Part shown: one piece after another, positions 8,053-15,144 of the stretch
Numbering within the stretch: the first letter of the stretch is position 1
How the letters are laid out: every line of letters starts with the position of its first letter
Source of the DNA: a virus
Taxonomy: Duplodnaviria; Caudoviricetes
Virus record (IMG/VR): IMGVR_UViG_3300037195_000714
Location: 1-27,847 of that record
Length of the DNA stretch: 27,847 bases
Reading direction: 5' to 3' (one strand)
Program-made: the position numbers and the translations under genes
The notes under the pieces: generated by a model
Told to the model about the DNA's origin: nothing
Seen by the model: the letters and a program-made list of their open reading frames with translations, nothing else
Databases searched by the model: none

Positions 8053-8924
8053 TTTTTGTTTTCCTTGTCTTGTACAGATTCTGGTATTCCCATTTCTGTT
8101 CGTTTTCTCGCATATAAGAAGTTATGTGGATTGAACTTAAATAGTTTTTCGTGATTAGCGTCGGGTTGGTATAATCTCGTGTTTCTGGCTACAGGCGAGT
8201 TGATAAAGTGGCATCCTTTGTTGCATTGAAGAGAGACTGTTTGTGATATTTCAGGGATAACCTCTGCGATGCAATCTCTTATCTTCTGAGCTATTAAATT
8301 ATCGGTATAGGGTTGGACCATCTGACATTTTCGTTGGTTTATGAAATTAATAGCATCCTTCAGATTCATTCCTACATAATAATAGTAGGTATGATTCCTA
8401 TTCAATACATAACGAGCATCCATAACTGACACATCTTTAGAATCTACCATATCTGAATACAACTTCTTAGCCTCTCTTGATACTCTTTCATACTCATCTT
8501 TAAACTTAGAACTTTTAATAGAATTAGGTATCAATACATCATCATGTCTTAAATCCCTATCTCCACTACACAAAGCATGTATACTAAAAAAATATCTATG
8601 CCTCAATAAATGAGAAATTTCTATATGAGTCAATCCCTCTAACAAAAAAACGAAGGTCAAACTTTCCATAGAATTTGTCAACGTCTTCTTTTCTAACAAC
8701 AATTTAAAAGTCGAATCAATCTCTTCTTGAGACAACTTCTCTGCAGGATTCTCTTTCCAAGTACTCCTAATCATACGAGTACACAACTCTCTAAAGTCAT
8801 GCATTGGATGAGATACCATCGTTACATTGATAGCTTCCTGTTCTGTTTTAAATTGTGTCTTTGGTTCTTCAAAAAATTTAAGTTTCATTGGAAACTCTTG
8901 TATTTCCATATAGTCTGAGTTCAT
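8049..8924 (-). CDS. thyX: Divergent FAD-dependent thymidylate synthase (ThyX-like)
   Basis: SMESLTFVFLLEG, HLLRHR, DARYVL and MNLK...FINQR motifs; altered signature RHRYFFSIHALCSGDR. Confidence 0.8.
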   Translation of the reverse strand: MNSDYMEIQEFPMKLKFFEEPKTQFKTEQEAINVTMVSHPMHDFRELCTRMIRSTWKENPAEKLSQEEIDSTFKLLLEKKTLTNSMESLTFVFLLEGLTHIEISHLLRHRYFFSIHALCSGDRDLRHDDVLIPNSIKSSKFKDEYERVSREAKKLYSDMVDSKDVSVMDARYVLNRNHTYYYYVGMNLKDAINFINQRKCQMVQPYTDNLIAQKIRDCIAEVIPEISQTVSLQCNKGCHFINSPVARNTRLYQPDANHEKLFKFNPHNFLYARKRTEMGIPESVQDKENKK

Positions 8925-9421
8925 TTTATTCTCCTTATTTGCATTTTAACATCGTTGTATATTTTAGTTGCGTCTTTGTTTATTTTTCTCATGTATTCAT
9001 TCCCTAAATTAGCCTCACGACTTGAATAACAAATAACAGATAATATATCAGCTAATTTAACTATTAAAGAGATTTTAGTTTTCTGCTCTTCAAATTCTTT
9101 AAATAGTCGTTGCTCATGTTCAGTCAATAATTCTTTAGCTGCTATAAATTCACAATCCTGAATAGCTTTTTTAATCGGTTTAAAGGCTTTCTTGACATTG
9201 TGAGGAATATCGCTGACTAATATTTCTGGAATATCGTGTACAATAGCCATCTCTATAGCTGTAGTTTTATCTTCTTTACTAAGTTTAAACTCATCGCATA
9301 ATATTTTAGTAAAAGCTACAACGAAATAACTATGTTCAGCTACTGTTTCTTTGTGTATAGTTGGAGTATTGTTAAATCTAACAAGATCTCCTAATTTATA
9401 TAATTCAGTATATAAATTCAT
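8921..9421 (-). CDS. HD-domain 5'-deoxynucleotidase (YfbR/DatZ-like)
   Basis: RF...ETVAEHS...IVHDIPE...SDIP...VKLAD pattern. Confidence 0.9.
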   Translation of the reverse strand: MNLYTELYKLGDLVRFNNTPTIHKETVAEHSYFVVAFTKILCDEFKLSKEDKTTAIEMAIVHDIPEILVSDIPHNVKKAFKPIKKAIQDCEFIAAKELLTEHEQRLFKEFEEQKTKISLIVKLADILSVICYSSREANLGNEYMRKINKDATKIYNDVKMQIRRIK

Positions 9422-9861
9422 TCTATATCTCCAATATAATTTTCATACGTCGGATTAATAACCCACTCTTTAAGCTCTTCCAATGATTGAAGAACTTTTA
9501 TACCAGCTTGAGCAAGCATTAGGTTAAACTTTTTCCCTTTAAGTTCCGTTGCTAAAAAAACTATAGGAGTTCCAACTGCGTATGAATAACCAATTTCAAA
9601 CATAGTTCCAGTGTCTTTGCCGTCTGTTATAGCCACTATTTTATCGCTGTATTTGATAGCTCTGATATTTTGTTTAAACACTTTTTGTCTATCTTTTAGC
9701 GAAGCTTTTGGTGGAAGATGACATTCATGCATAGGAGAAAATACTTTATACTTAGCATCTTCTAATATTTTTTTGACATCTTTAATTTTTTGAACTTCTT
9801 TTTCGTTGAAAAAAGGTCCTGCCAGATAAATCGATTCTTTGAATAATTTTGTTTGAGTCAT
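9418..9861 (-). CDS. Nucleoside 2-deoxyribosyltransferase (NDT) family nucleotide N-glycosidase (Rcl/DNPH1, MilB-like)
   Basis: IYLAGPFF, VFSP, DTGTMFEIGY (catalytic Glu), NLML. Confidence 0.9.
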   Translation of the reverse strand: MTQTKLFKESIYLAGPFFNEKEVQKIKDVKKILEDAKYKVFSPMHECHLPPKASLKDRQKVFKQNIRAIKYSDKIVAITDGKDTGTMFEIGYSYAVGTPIVFLATELKGKKFNLMLAQAGIKVLQSLEELKEWVINPTYENYIGDIE

Positions 9862-9894
9862 TTTTTGTTCTCCTGGTGAGTTGTAGGCAAATGC

Positions 9895-10230
9895 CTACAA
9901 CTGTTTCACCGAATATTGGGTATTGAATTGTTCGCCAACTTTAGTGATAGCTATCTTAACAATTTCTTTAGGGTTTTTCTTTTCTAAGATAGGCCTAAGT
10001 TTTTTCTTAAGTCTGTTGCTCGCTGTAGTGAATAGTTTTTCGCTGACAGGTTTGCCATCTTCTTCGGTTACATCTGCGATTAGTTCTACTGCTCCTGGCG
10101 CAATTCTCACATCTAGTGCTCGTTTTTCGAATCTCCAGTTAGTGATAGCTATCTTTTTTTCTACGTCTGTTTTAATAGCGACAAATCTACCCGATGTAGT
10201 CGCTTCTTCCCAACTTATATTTTCTGTCAT
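9895..10230 (-). CDS. Hypothetical beta-rich protein, possibly ssDNA-binding (OB-like)
   Basis: Start moved to ATG 10230 (AGGAGGT SD); beta-strand pattern ending TQYSV; lies in the replication operon. Confidence 0.55.
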   Translation of the reverse strand: MTENISWEEATTSGRFVAIKTDVEKKIAITNWRFEKRALDVRIAPGAVELIADVTEEDGKPVSEKLFTTASNRLKKKLRPILEKKNPKEIVKIAITKVGEQFNTQYSVKQL

Positions 10231-10666
10231 TTTTTGTGACCTCCTGTGTCTCATTTGACTTTTTTATGTCAGATGACCCTGATTTATGAAATCTCGTTAT
10301 AGCATAATAGGTTCGTATAGCCTTGACGGGTAAGAATCTTTCATTTCCACAGGAAATGAAGGTGTTCTTAACTACAGTATATGCTTTATAAAATATATTT
10401 TGTAAAAATGTTGAGATCGAGTTGTAATAGCCATAATAGGTCTGAGAGAGAATTATACCTTTCTGAGGTTCGTATAACCAATGTAGCGCGAACGGACCTA
10501 TTATCAGAATCTTGGTCTGCATAGGTATGTTTTTCATTAGGGGACCGTAACTTTTCCCTATAGTATCTATAAAATCTGATAATAGGTTCAAAACCACGTA
10601 CTTACATTCTGTTACATAATCGCAAGCCAACCTATTACAGACAAATCTGTGACTAACTTCCATCAT
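10187..10666 (-). CDS. Uncertain ORF spanning the repeat and structured element
   Basis: Open for ~160 codons in AT-rich DNA with a GAGGGGG SD, but no recognisable motifs and superimposed on repeats and hairpins. Confidence 0.35.
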   Translation of the reverse strand: MMEVSHRFVCNRLACDYVTECKYVVLNLLSDFIDTIGKSYGPLMKNIPMQTKILIIGPFALHWLYEPQKGIILSQTYYGYYNSISTFLQNIFYKAYTVVKNTFISCGNERFLPVKAIRTYYAITRFHKSGSSDIKKSNETQEVTKNDRKYKLGRSDYIG

Positions 10667-10696
10667 CGACCCCCTCAAATTGAGCTGTAATAGGTT
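10291..10696 (+). repeat. Six copies of TAATAGGT(T/C) in both orientations plus multiple hairpins; candidate replication origin or structured RNA
   Basis: Copies at 10304(+), 10433(+), 10495(-), 10575(+), 10629(-), 10685(+); AT-rich palindrome at 10385-10406. Confidence 0.7.
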
Positions 10697-13004
10697 TCAT
10701 AGTTTTTAACAACTCTGTATACTTTTCATTATAAAATTCCTTCAAATCTTCGCTTTTTGGCAATTTTATCACATTAACTATCTTATTTTCATTCAAAGCA
10801 TATAAAGTACTACGCCCTGGACTCTTATCTGCCATTATATAACCCAAATCTTCCAACTGTTTCAATTGACCCCACCAATAAGGCTGAGATTTACCCAAAT
10901 TTCTCATTATATCGCTTATTTGAAACTCCATATTCCAAGGACTCTTCTTAATATGATTAATCAAATCAATCTGTTCAATGGTTAAACCACTAAATGTTGC
11001 CCCTAAAATACCTGAACTATATTGTTTAGCTACATTATAATCATCTAAGTTACATATAATATACGTCCTCCCGTCCTTATCCTTTAATATAGGCCGTTGT
11101 TTTTGATGTAAATAGGCGTTAGAACGTATTAAAGTTTTAAACTTTTGATAATCTCTCCTTACCCTGACATCATTCAGAGGTATGTTAAGCCTTTTATAAT
11201 CAGAAAATGGTATAATGAAATGATGTTGCTCTAGTTGTTTTAAAGCATCTGAGATTAATCTTAATTTAGTTTCAATATCCTTTGAAATAGGTCTTTCTAA
11301 TGAATCCTGATATTCAAGAATTTGTCTAGTTTGGTCGTCTGAAACATCTAAACTTAATACCCAACTTCTATTATTAAGCTGATCTCCAACTAAACCTTCA
11401 GCTTGACAAGAAATAAAACAAGGTTGACCGATAGTAGATTTTTTGGAAAGCATATTAACTTCTTGTCCTTCCTCGTTTATAGTCTTTTCAACTGTGTTTA
11501 AAGTGATTTCTCCTTCAGACATCCAAACTCTGAGTTGCGATGTATTTTCATCTAAACCTTGCAATTCTTCGATAAATATGATTTTCCCATCAAAGTTAAT
11601 TTCAGTTAAGTAATTGATAGCAGATTTAGACATTCTACTTATAATGAAGTAATCTTCGTCTCTTTTGCCAAACAATTTTAATAGTTGTTTTATAATATAT
11701 GTTTTTCCAGAGGAACTGTCAGAAGACAAAATTATGTTCTGACTCATTGGATCATTTTCTATATTCCACTCTGGTCTTCCTCGTTTAGAAGGGAAATCTT
11801 TGCTTAATATTAAAAGGAATATCAGCATTTTGGTATCATCTTCGCCTACTATATATTCGTCTAATATTTCTTTAATCTGTTTTAATAACGTTGATTGAGT
11901 TAGCAAACGTAATGATTCTTTGTGATTTTTCTTACAAAACTCACACATAGTTTTGTTGTGTAATCCAGCAGATTCAGCTAGTCCACAATTCCAAAAGATT
12001 TTAGTTTGGGAATCAGTCCATTTAATCCACAATGCTGCTTCATCTATCGAGAATTTATCTCCTATCTGTGAGCAAGAGTTAACATATTCCTCCATTATTT
12101 TCATTTTGGAGTTATGTTCTAAGTTATCGTTTGCCATAGCAATTGATAATATTTGTGCTCCTAAAGATCGTTGTCCTTTATTTAGTCCCTCTCTTATTCT
12201 TTTGATACTTTCTAAGTTCATATAACCGCCATACTTTTCTAAATCGATTTCTGTGTATTTATATATGTTAGCTTGTTTACTAGATGATATATATTCTTGA
12301 AGATATTCTGATAGTTCATATATGCTTATTTGATAAAGATTTATACTAGTTGGATATCTGACTAAGTTAAAATCTTTGAGTTTAATTATTTTCTTTTTAA
12401 ATTCATCTTTAGGTATATATGTTTTATAAGTAACTTCAGTCGTATTGGATATTTTGTTTAATAATATTTTACGACCGCCAGCTATTCTGATTAACTTAGT
12501 TTTGTCTTTAAGATCATTAAAATTGATACAGCTGCTATCAACTATTTTCCCGTTGCCTCTTAGTTCATTCGAAATTCCAGCTTCGTCTAATATTTTGTTC
12601 CAAAACCAAAATCTGATATGTTTAAAAGAGAATCCATACGATGCTGCGCTTACGAACAATTCTTTAAATTCGCTTGTGACCAGCTGTGGTTTATCGAGCC
12701 AGCATTCGATATGGATTCCTTTTCCTCCACTAGAAAAAATATAATAAGGTATTTTTCTGTTGTCTAGAGAGTATAATATTTTAGTCGCTAATTCGTAATT
12801 AGCCGTGTAAGATTTAGCATCTAATTCAAATATAACTTGGTTAGATGCGACAGTTAAATAGTCTTTAAGAGTATAGAAATTAAGAGAGTATCTTTTGCCT
12901 GGAGTGTATTTATTTATTTTAGTATTAAGAAAGTTATTAGAACAGTAGATTGGATTAATAGCTGCAGTTTTTACTAGTTGTATATATTCATCTTGTAGAT
13001 TCAT
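10653..13004 (-). CDS. Primase-helicase: AEP primase, PriCT/PriL-like Cys region, P-loop ATPase and C-terminal wHTH
   Basis: FELD and SSGGKGIHI (AEP motifs), GQRS..., C..CEFC, Walker A SDSSSGKT, Walker B IFIEE; start moved to ATG 13004. Confidence 0.85.
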   Translation of the reverse strand: MNLQDEYIQLVKTAAINPIYCSNNFLNTKINKYTPGKRYSLNFYTLKDYLTVASNQVIFELDAKSYTANYELATKILYSLDNRKIPYYIFSSGGKGIHIECWLDKPQLVTSEFKELFVSAASYGFSFKHIRFWFWNKILDEAGISNELRGNGKIVDSSCINFNDLKDKTKLIRIAGGRKILLNKISNTTEVTYKTYIPKDEFKKKIIKLKDFNLVRYPTSINLYQISIYELSEYLQEYISSSKQANIYKYTEIDLEKYGGYMNLESIKRIREGLNKGQRSLGAQILSIAMANDNLEHNSKMKIMEEYVNSCSQIGDKFSIDEAALWIKWTDSQTKIFWNCGLAESAGLHNKTMCEFCKKNHKESLRLLTQSTLLKQIKEILDEYIVGEDDTKMLIFLLILSKDFPSKRGRPEWNIENDPMSQNIILSSDSSSGKTYIIKQLLKLFGKRDEDYFIISRMSKSAINYLTEINFDGKIIFIEELQGLDENTSQLRVWMSEGEITLNTVEKTINEEGQEVNMLSKKSTIGQPCFISCQAEGLVGDQLNNRSWVLSLDVSDDQTRQILEYQDSLERPISKDIETKLRLISDALKQLEQHHFIIPFSDYKRLNIPLNDVRVRRDYQKFKTLIRSNAYLHQKQRPILKDKDGRTYIICNLDDYNVAKQYSSGILGATFSGLTIEQIDLINHIKKSPWNMEFQISDIMRNLGKSQPYWWGQLKQLEDLGYIMADKSPGRSTLYALNENKIVNVIKLPKSEDLKEFYNEKYTELLKTMKPITAQFEGVDDGS

Positions 13005-13158
13005 CCTTAGTCCCTCTTTCAATGATTTTTATAGAGACTTCTAAAAGATCACCATCTTTTAAGTCTTTAACTTCGGCTAATTTCCTGGGTATAGTAATAC
13101 GTTTAACTCCGTTCATGTCTTTAACATTATCAAAAAAAAGGTATATTTTGTTTGTCAT
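12988..13158 (-). CDS. AbrB/SpoVT-like DNA-binding protein, 56 aa
   Basis: Hand translation MTNKIYLFFDNVKDMNGVKRITIPRKLAEVKDLKDGDLLEVSIKIIERGTKDESTR; ITIP...L..GD...V signature; missing from the ORF track. Confidence 0.85.
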   Translation of the reverse strand: MTNKIYLFFDNVKDMNGVKRITIPRKLAEVKDLKDGDLLEVSIKIIERGTKDESTR

Positions 13159-13175
13159 GCATAGTTTGAGAGTTT

Positions 13176-13188
13176 TTAAGTTTATAAA
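13176..13188 (-). promoter_or_regulatory. TATA box of the replication operon
   Basis: AAAAG-TTTATAAA (BRE plus TATA) ending about 23 nt upstream of ATG 13158. Confidence 0.7.
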
Positions 13189-13304
13189 CTTTTATATTTT
13201 GTAATAATTATTATACAAAAGTTATATCATTTTTGTATAGTTTAGTTACAAAAAAGTCATAATGCTGAGTTTGTTTATAAATGGTATATACTTCAGAATA
13301 TAAA

Positions 13305-13316
13305 CCTTTATAAAGG
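13305..13316 (+). promoter_or_regulatory. TATA box (palindromic CCTTTATAAAGG) of the plus-strand early operon
   Basis: Followed by hairpin TATGCC-TAAT-GGCATA (13335-13350), SD GGAGA and ATG 13364. Confidence 0.6.
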
Positions 13317-13363
13317 CTAATAATATATAATATATATGCCTAATGGCATAGGAGATACTAAAA

Positions 13364-13459
13364 ATGGGAAAATACGAACAAAAAACCGAACAGCTTCTAG
13401 TAGAAGCTCTAGCAAGACATATCTATAACTTTGAAGACACTAGGAGATATACAAAATGA
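13364..13459 (+). CDS. Micro-protein, 31 aa (MGKYEQKTEQLLVEALARHIYNFEDTRRYTK)
   Basis: AGGAGA SD; ATGA overlap with the next ORF. Confidence 0.6.
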   Translation: MGKYEQKTEQLLVEALARHIYNFEDTRRYTK

Positions 13460-13566
13460 AAACAATAACAGAAGAATTAAGTATAAGACTTAATAAACTA
13501 AGGTCTGAATTTCCAGAAGAGACATATATCTCTATAAGAGATTCTATCTTAGAGGTGGAAAAATGA
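13456..13566 (+). CDS. Micro-protein, 36 aa (MKTITEELSIRLNKLRSEFPEETYISIRDSILEVEK)
   Basis: AGGAGA SD; ATGA overlaps at both ends. Confidence 0.6.
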   Translation: MKTITEELSIRLNKLRSEFPEETYISIRDSILEVEK

Positions 13567-13721
13567 AAAACATACAATATATAAAAATAGCAGAGATTAT
13601 CTCTAGACATCCAGAGACTAGTACAGAGCTATTATACGACCTAGCAGCATACTTTGTAGAGGATAATCCAAACTTCTCTGCAAAGAGATTTATTACAGCT
13701 TGTGGAGTAGTAGAATGTTAG
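13563..13721 (+). CDS. Small viral protein, 52 aa, with a DNPNF...RF..AC motif
   Basis: GAGGTG SD; MKNIQYIKIAEII...LAAYFVEDNPNFSAKRFITACG resembles a small uncharacterised phage family (recalled, not searched). Confidence 0.7.
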   Translation: MKNIQYIKIAEIISRHPETSTELLYDLAAYFVEDNPNFSAKRFITACGVVEC

Positions 13722-13897
13722 AAATTACTAAAGAACAATTTTTAGCGTTTGAAAAGGTTAGAATCTCTGGTAAGACAAATATGTTTGATATTAGACAGGT
13801 AGAAATTCTATCTAGTCTTAAACCATATCAAATTAAAGAAATTATAAAAGGGTATATATTACTTAAAAGTAAGTATGGAGGTATTGAAAATGACTAA
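13715..13897 (+). CDS. DUF5049-like small protein
   Basis: EQFLAFEKVRISGKTNMFD motif; start moved to ATG 13715 (GGAG SD). Confidence 0.7.
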   Translation: MLEITKEQFLAFEKVRISGKTNMFDIRQVEILSSLKPYQIKEIIKGYILLKSKYGGIEND

Positions 13898-14069
13898 TTG
13901 GGATGAAGTAAATAGAAAGAAAAGAAAAGAAATTACTCTTGGACAATCGTTAAACCAAGCATTAAATTTTCTTTTAGAAACAAATCAAGGTATAACAGAA
14001 GAAAGCTATAAGTTAAGAGCTAAGGCTTTCTTTAAATGGAATACAGAGTTACAAGAGGAGTTACTATGA
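13890..14069 (+). CDS. Hypothetical protein, paralog A (MTNWDE...TELQEELL)
   Basis: GGAGGT SD; clear paralog at 14389-14553. Confidence 0.8.
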   Translation: MTNWDEVNRKKRKEITLGQSLNQALNFLLETNQGITEESYKLRAKAFFKWNTELQEELL

Positions 14070-14191
14070 AAATAAATACTTGCCAATATTGTGCAGGAGA
14101 ATTAAGACGAAATGGTAATAGTGAAACTGAGTATCTATGTAAGAATTGCTTTGCAACTTTTGATATAGATGACATACCAAGGAAATACTAA
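14066..14191 (+). CDS. Zinc-ribbon micro-protein, 41 aa (MKINTCQYCAGELRRNGNSETEYLCKNCFATFDIDDIPRKY)
   Basis: CxxC...CxxC; GAGGAG SD; ATGA overlap. Confidence 0.7.
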   Translation: MKINTCQYCAGELRRNGNSETEYLCKNCFATFDIDDIPRKY

Positions 14192-14239
14192 GATGGGAAC
14201 AGATATTTTAGGTGAAGCAAAAATAAGAGAGGCATTAAA

Positions 14240-14392
14240 ATGAATTACAATCCCAAATGTGTTGGCAAGGATGCCACACACCCTAATTCTAGGGTTTGGG
14301 AAAATCAAAACAATGGGAATGTTTTGGTGTGCGAAGATTGTCACACTATCCATTGGGTGAAAAAGAAACGAAAGAGGAAAAAACAAAAATGA
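14240..14392 (+). CDS. Cys/His micro-protein with a basic tail, 50 aa
   Basis: MNYNPKC...H...VCEDCHTIHWVKKKRKRKKQK; GAGG SD; ATGA overlap with the next ORF. Confidence 0.55.
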   Translation: MNYNPKCVGKDATHPNSRVWENQNNGNVLVCEDCHTIHWVKKKRKRKKQK

Positions 14393-14553
14393 CAAACTGG
14401 GACGAGATCAATGCAAAGAAGCAAAAAGCAATAACTTTAGGCCAAGCAATGAACTTAGCAGCAGATTATTCTGGCCTAACTGAAGAAATGTATAAACATA
14501 AAACAAGACAATTTTTTAAATGGATGACAGAGTTGCAAGAGGAGTTGTTATGA
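14389..14553 (+). CDS. Hypothetical protein, paralog B (MTNWDE...TELQEELL)
   Basis: Paralog of 13890-14069; start moved to ATG 14389. Confidence 0.8.
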   Translation: MTNWDEINAKKQKAITLGQAMNLAADYSGLTEEMYKHKTRQFFKWMTELQEELL

Positions 14554-14633
14554 GTAGAGAAGTTAAAAGAGAGTGTACGATTTTTGAAACCGGTAGATGT
14601 AATTGTAAGGATTGTATAGAAGATGACTCATAA
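14550..14633 (+). CDS. Cys-rich micro-protein, 27 aa (MSREVKRECTIFETGRCNCKDCIEDDS)
   Basis: GAGGAG SD; ATGA overlap; four Cys. Confidence 0.5.
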   Translation: MSREVKRECTIFETGRCNCKDCIEDDS

Positions 14634-14721
14634 CGATTCTTGCCCTATCGGTTTCGGCGATTGTCCGGATTGTATTTATTATATAGGCTATTGTTGTGAA
14701 TATAATGGAGAAGAAGAATGA
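14623..14721 (+). CDS. Cys-rich micro-protein, 32 aa (MTHNDSCPIGFGDCPDCIYYIGYCCEYNGEEE)
   Basis: Overlaps the previous ORF; five Cys. Confidence 0.5.
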   Translation: MTHNDSCPIGFGDCPDCIYYIGYCCEYNGEEE

Positions 14722-14755
14722 CAGACATAAAAAGAATGATTGAAAAAAATGAATA

Positions 14756-14944
14756 ATGGATATGAGTAAAACGGGTGCAATGTTTTGGAACATAACACCT
14801 AAAGGAAAATCAATGTATTTTGCAGAGTTAGTATTTTGTGTGCTTGAACAGTACGGGACGCGGTACGAACTTTCATTCGACAATTACATGGCAGAGACCA
14901 GCTGGTTGATAGACTTAGCCGAACAAATTGGTAAAGGAGAGTAG
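14756..14944 (+). CDS. Hypothetical protein
   Basis: 62-aa ORF ending the plus-strand array. Confidence 0.55.
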   Translation: MDMSKTGAMFWNITPKGKSMYFAELVFCVLEQYGTRYELSFDNYMAETSWLIDLAEQIGKGE

Positions 14945-15015
14945 TAACATTTTAAGTTCGTTAAAATAAAGTATCTCCAAAATTACTTTTAGCTACTCTT
15001 CGCCAAAAACAACAT

Positions 15016-15106
15016 AAACCCTAAACAGACTTGTACATGCAATGCAAGTAGCACCTGTGATGATTTCCACCGGCGAAAGCACAGAACACACAGGTCTGGG
15101 GGAAAT
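15016..15106 (+). ncRNA. Structured RNA motif, copy 2
   Basis: Homologous to 1587-1685 (-), with covarying stems. Confidence 0.6.
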
Positions 15107-15122
15107 AATGTTATTTAAATAG
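15103..15122 (+). promoter_or_regulatory. Late-type promoter motif pointing into a non-coding region
   Basis: AAATAATGTTATTTAAATAG identical to the copies at 245-264 and 25414-25433. Confidence 0.6.
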
Positions 15123-15144
15123 AACAAGACCCTTACTATAATTA

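Noticed and set aside
8921-9421. HD protein as DatZ of a 2-aminoadenine (Z-genome) system
   Set aside because: There is no PurZ or MazZ in the window, and the neighbouring enzymes point to pyrimidines.
10291-10696. CRISPR or mini-CRISPR array
   Set aside because: The repeats are only 9-13 bp, occur in both orientations and are irregularly spaced.
2141-12744. Plus-strand ORFs from the track overlapping minus-strand genes (for example 2141-2452, 3548-3871, 9923-10258, 12445-12744)
   Set aside because: They are antisense shadows of well-supported genes, with no motifs or SD sites.
14135-14883. Minus-strand ORFs 14135-14395 and 14563-14883
   Set aside because: They are antisense to the SD-equipped, coupled plus-strand micro-ORF chain.
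15050-15095. Hammerhead or twister ribozyme identity for the repeated RNA motif
   Set aside because: GUGAUGA...GAAA is not the CUGANGA core and is absent from copy 1. The twister-like order of elements lacks a proper P1 and has an insertion between UUUCC and AAGC.
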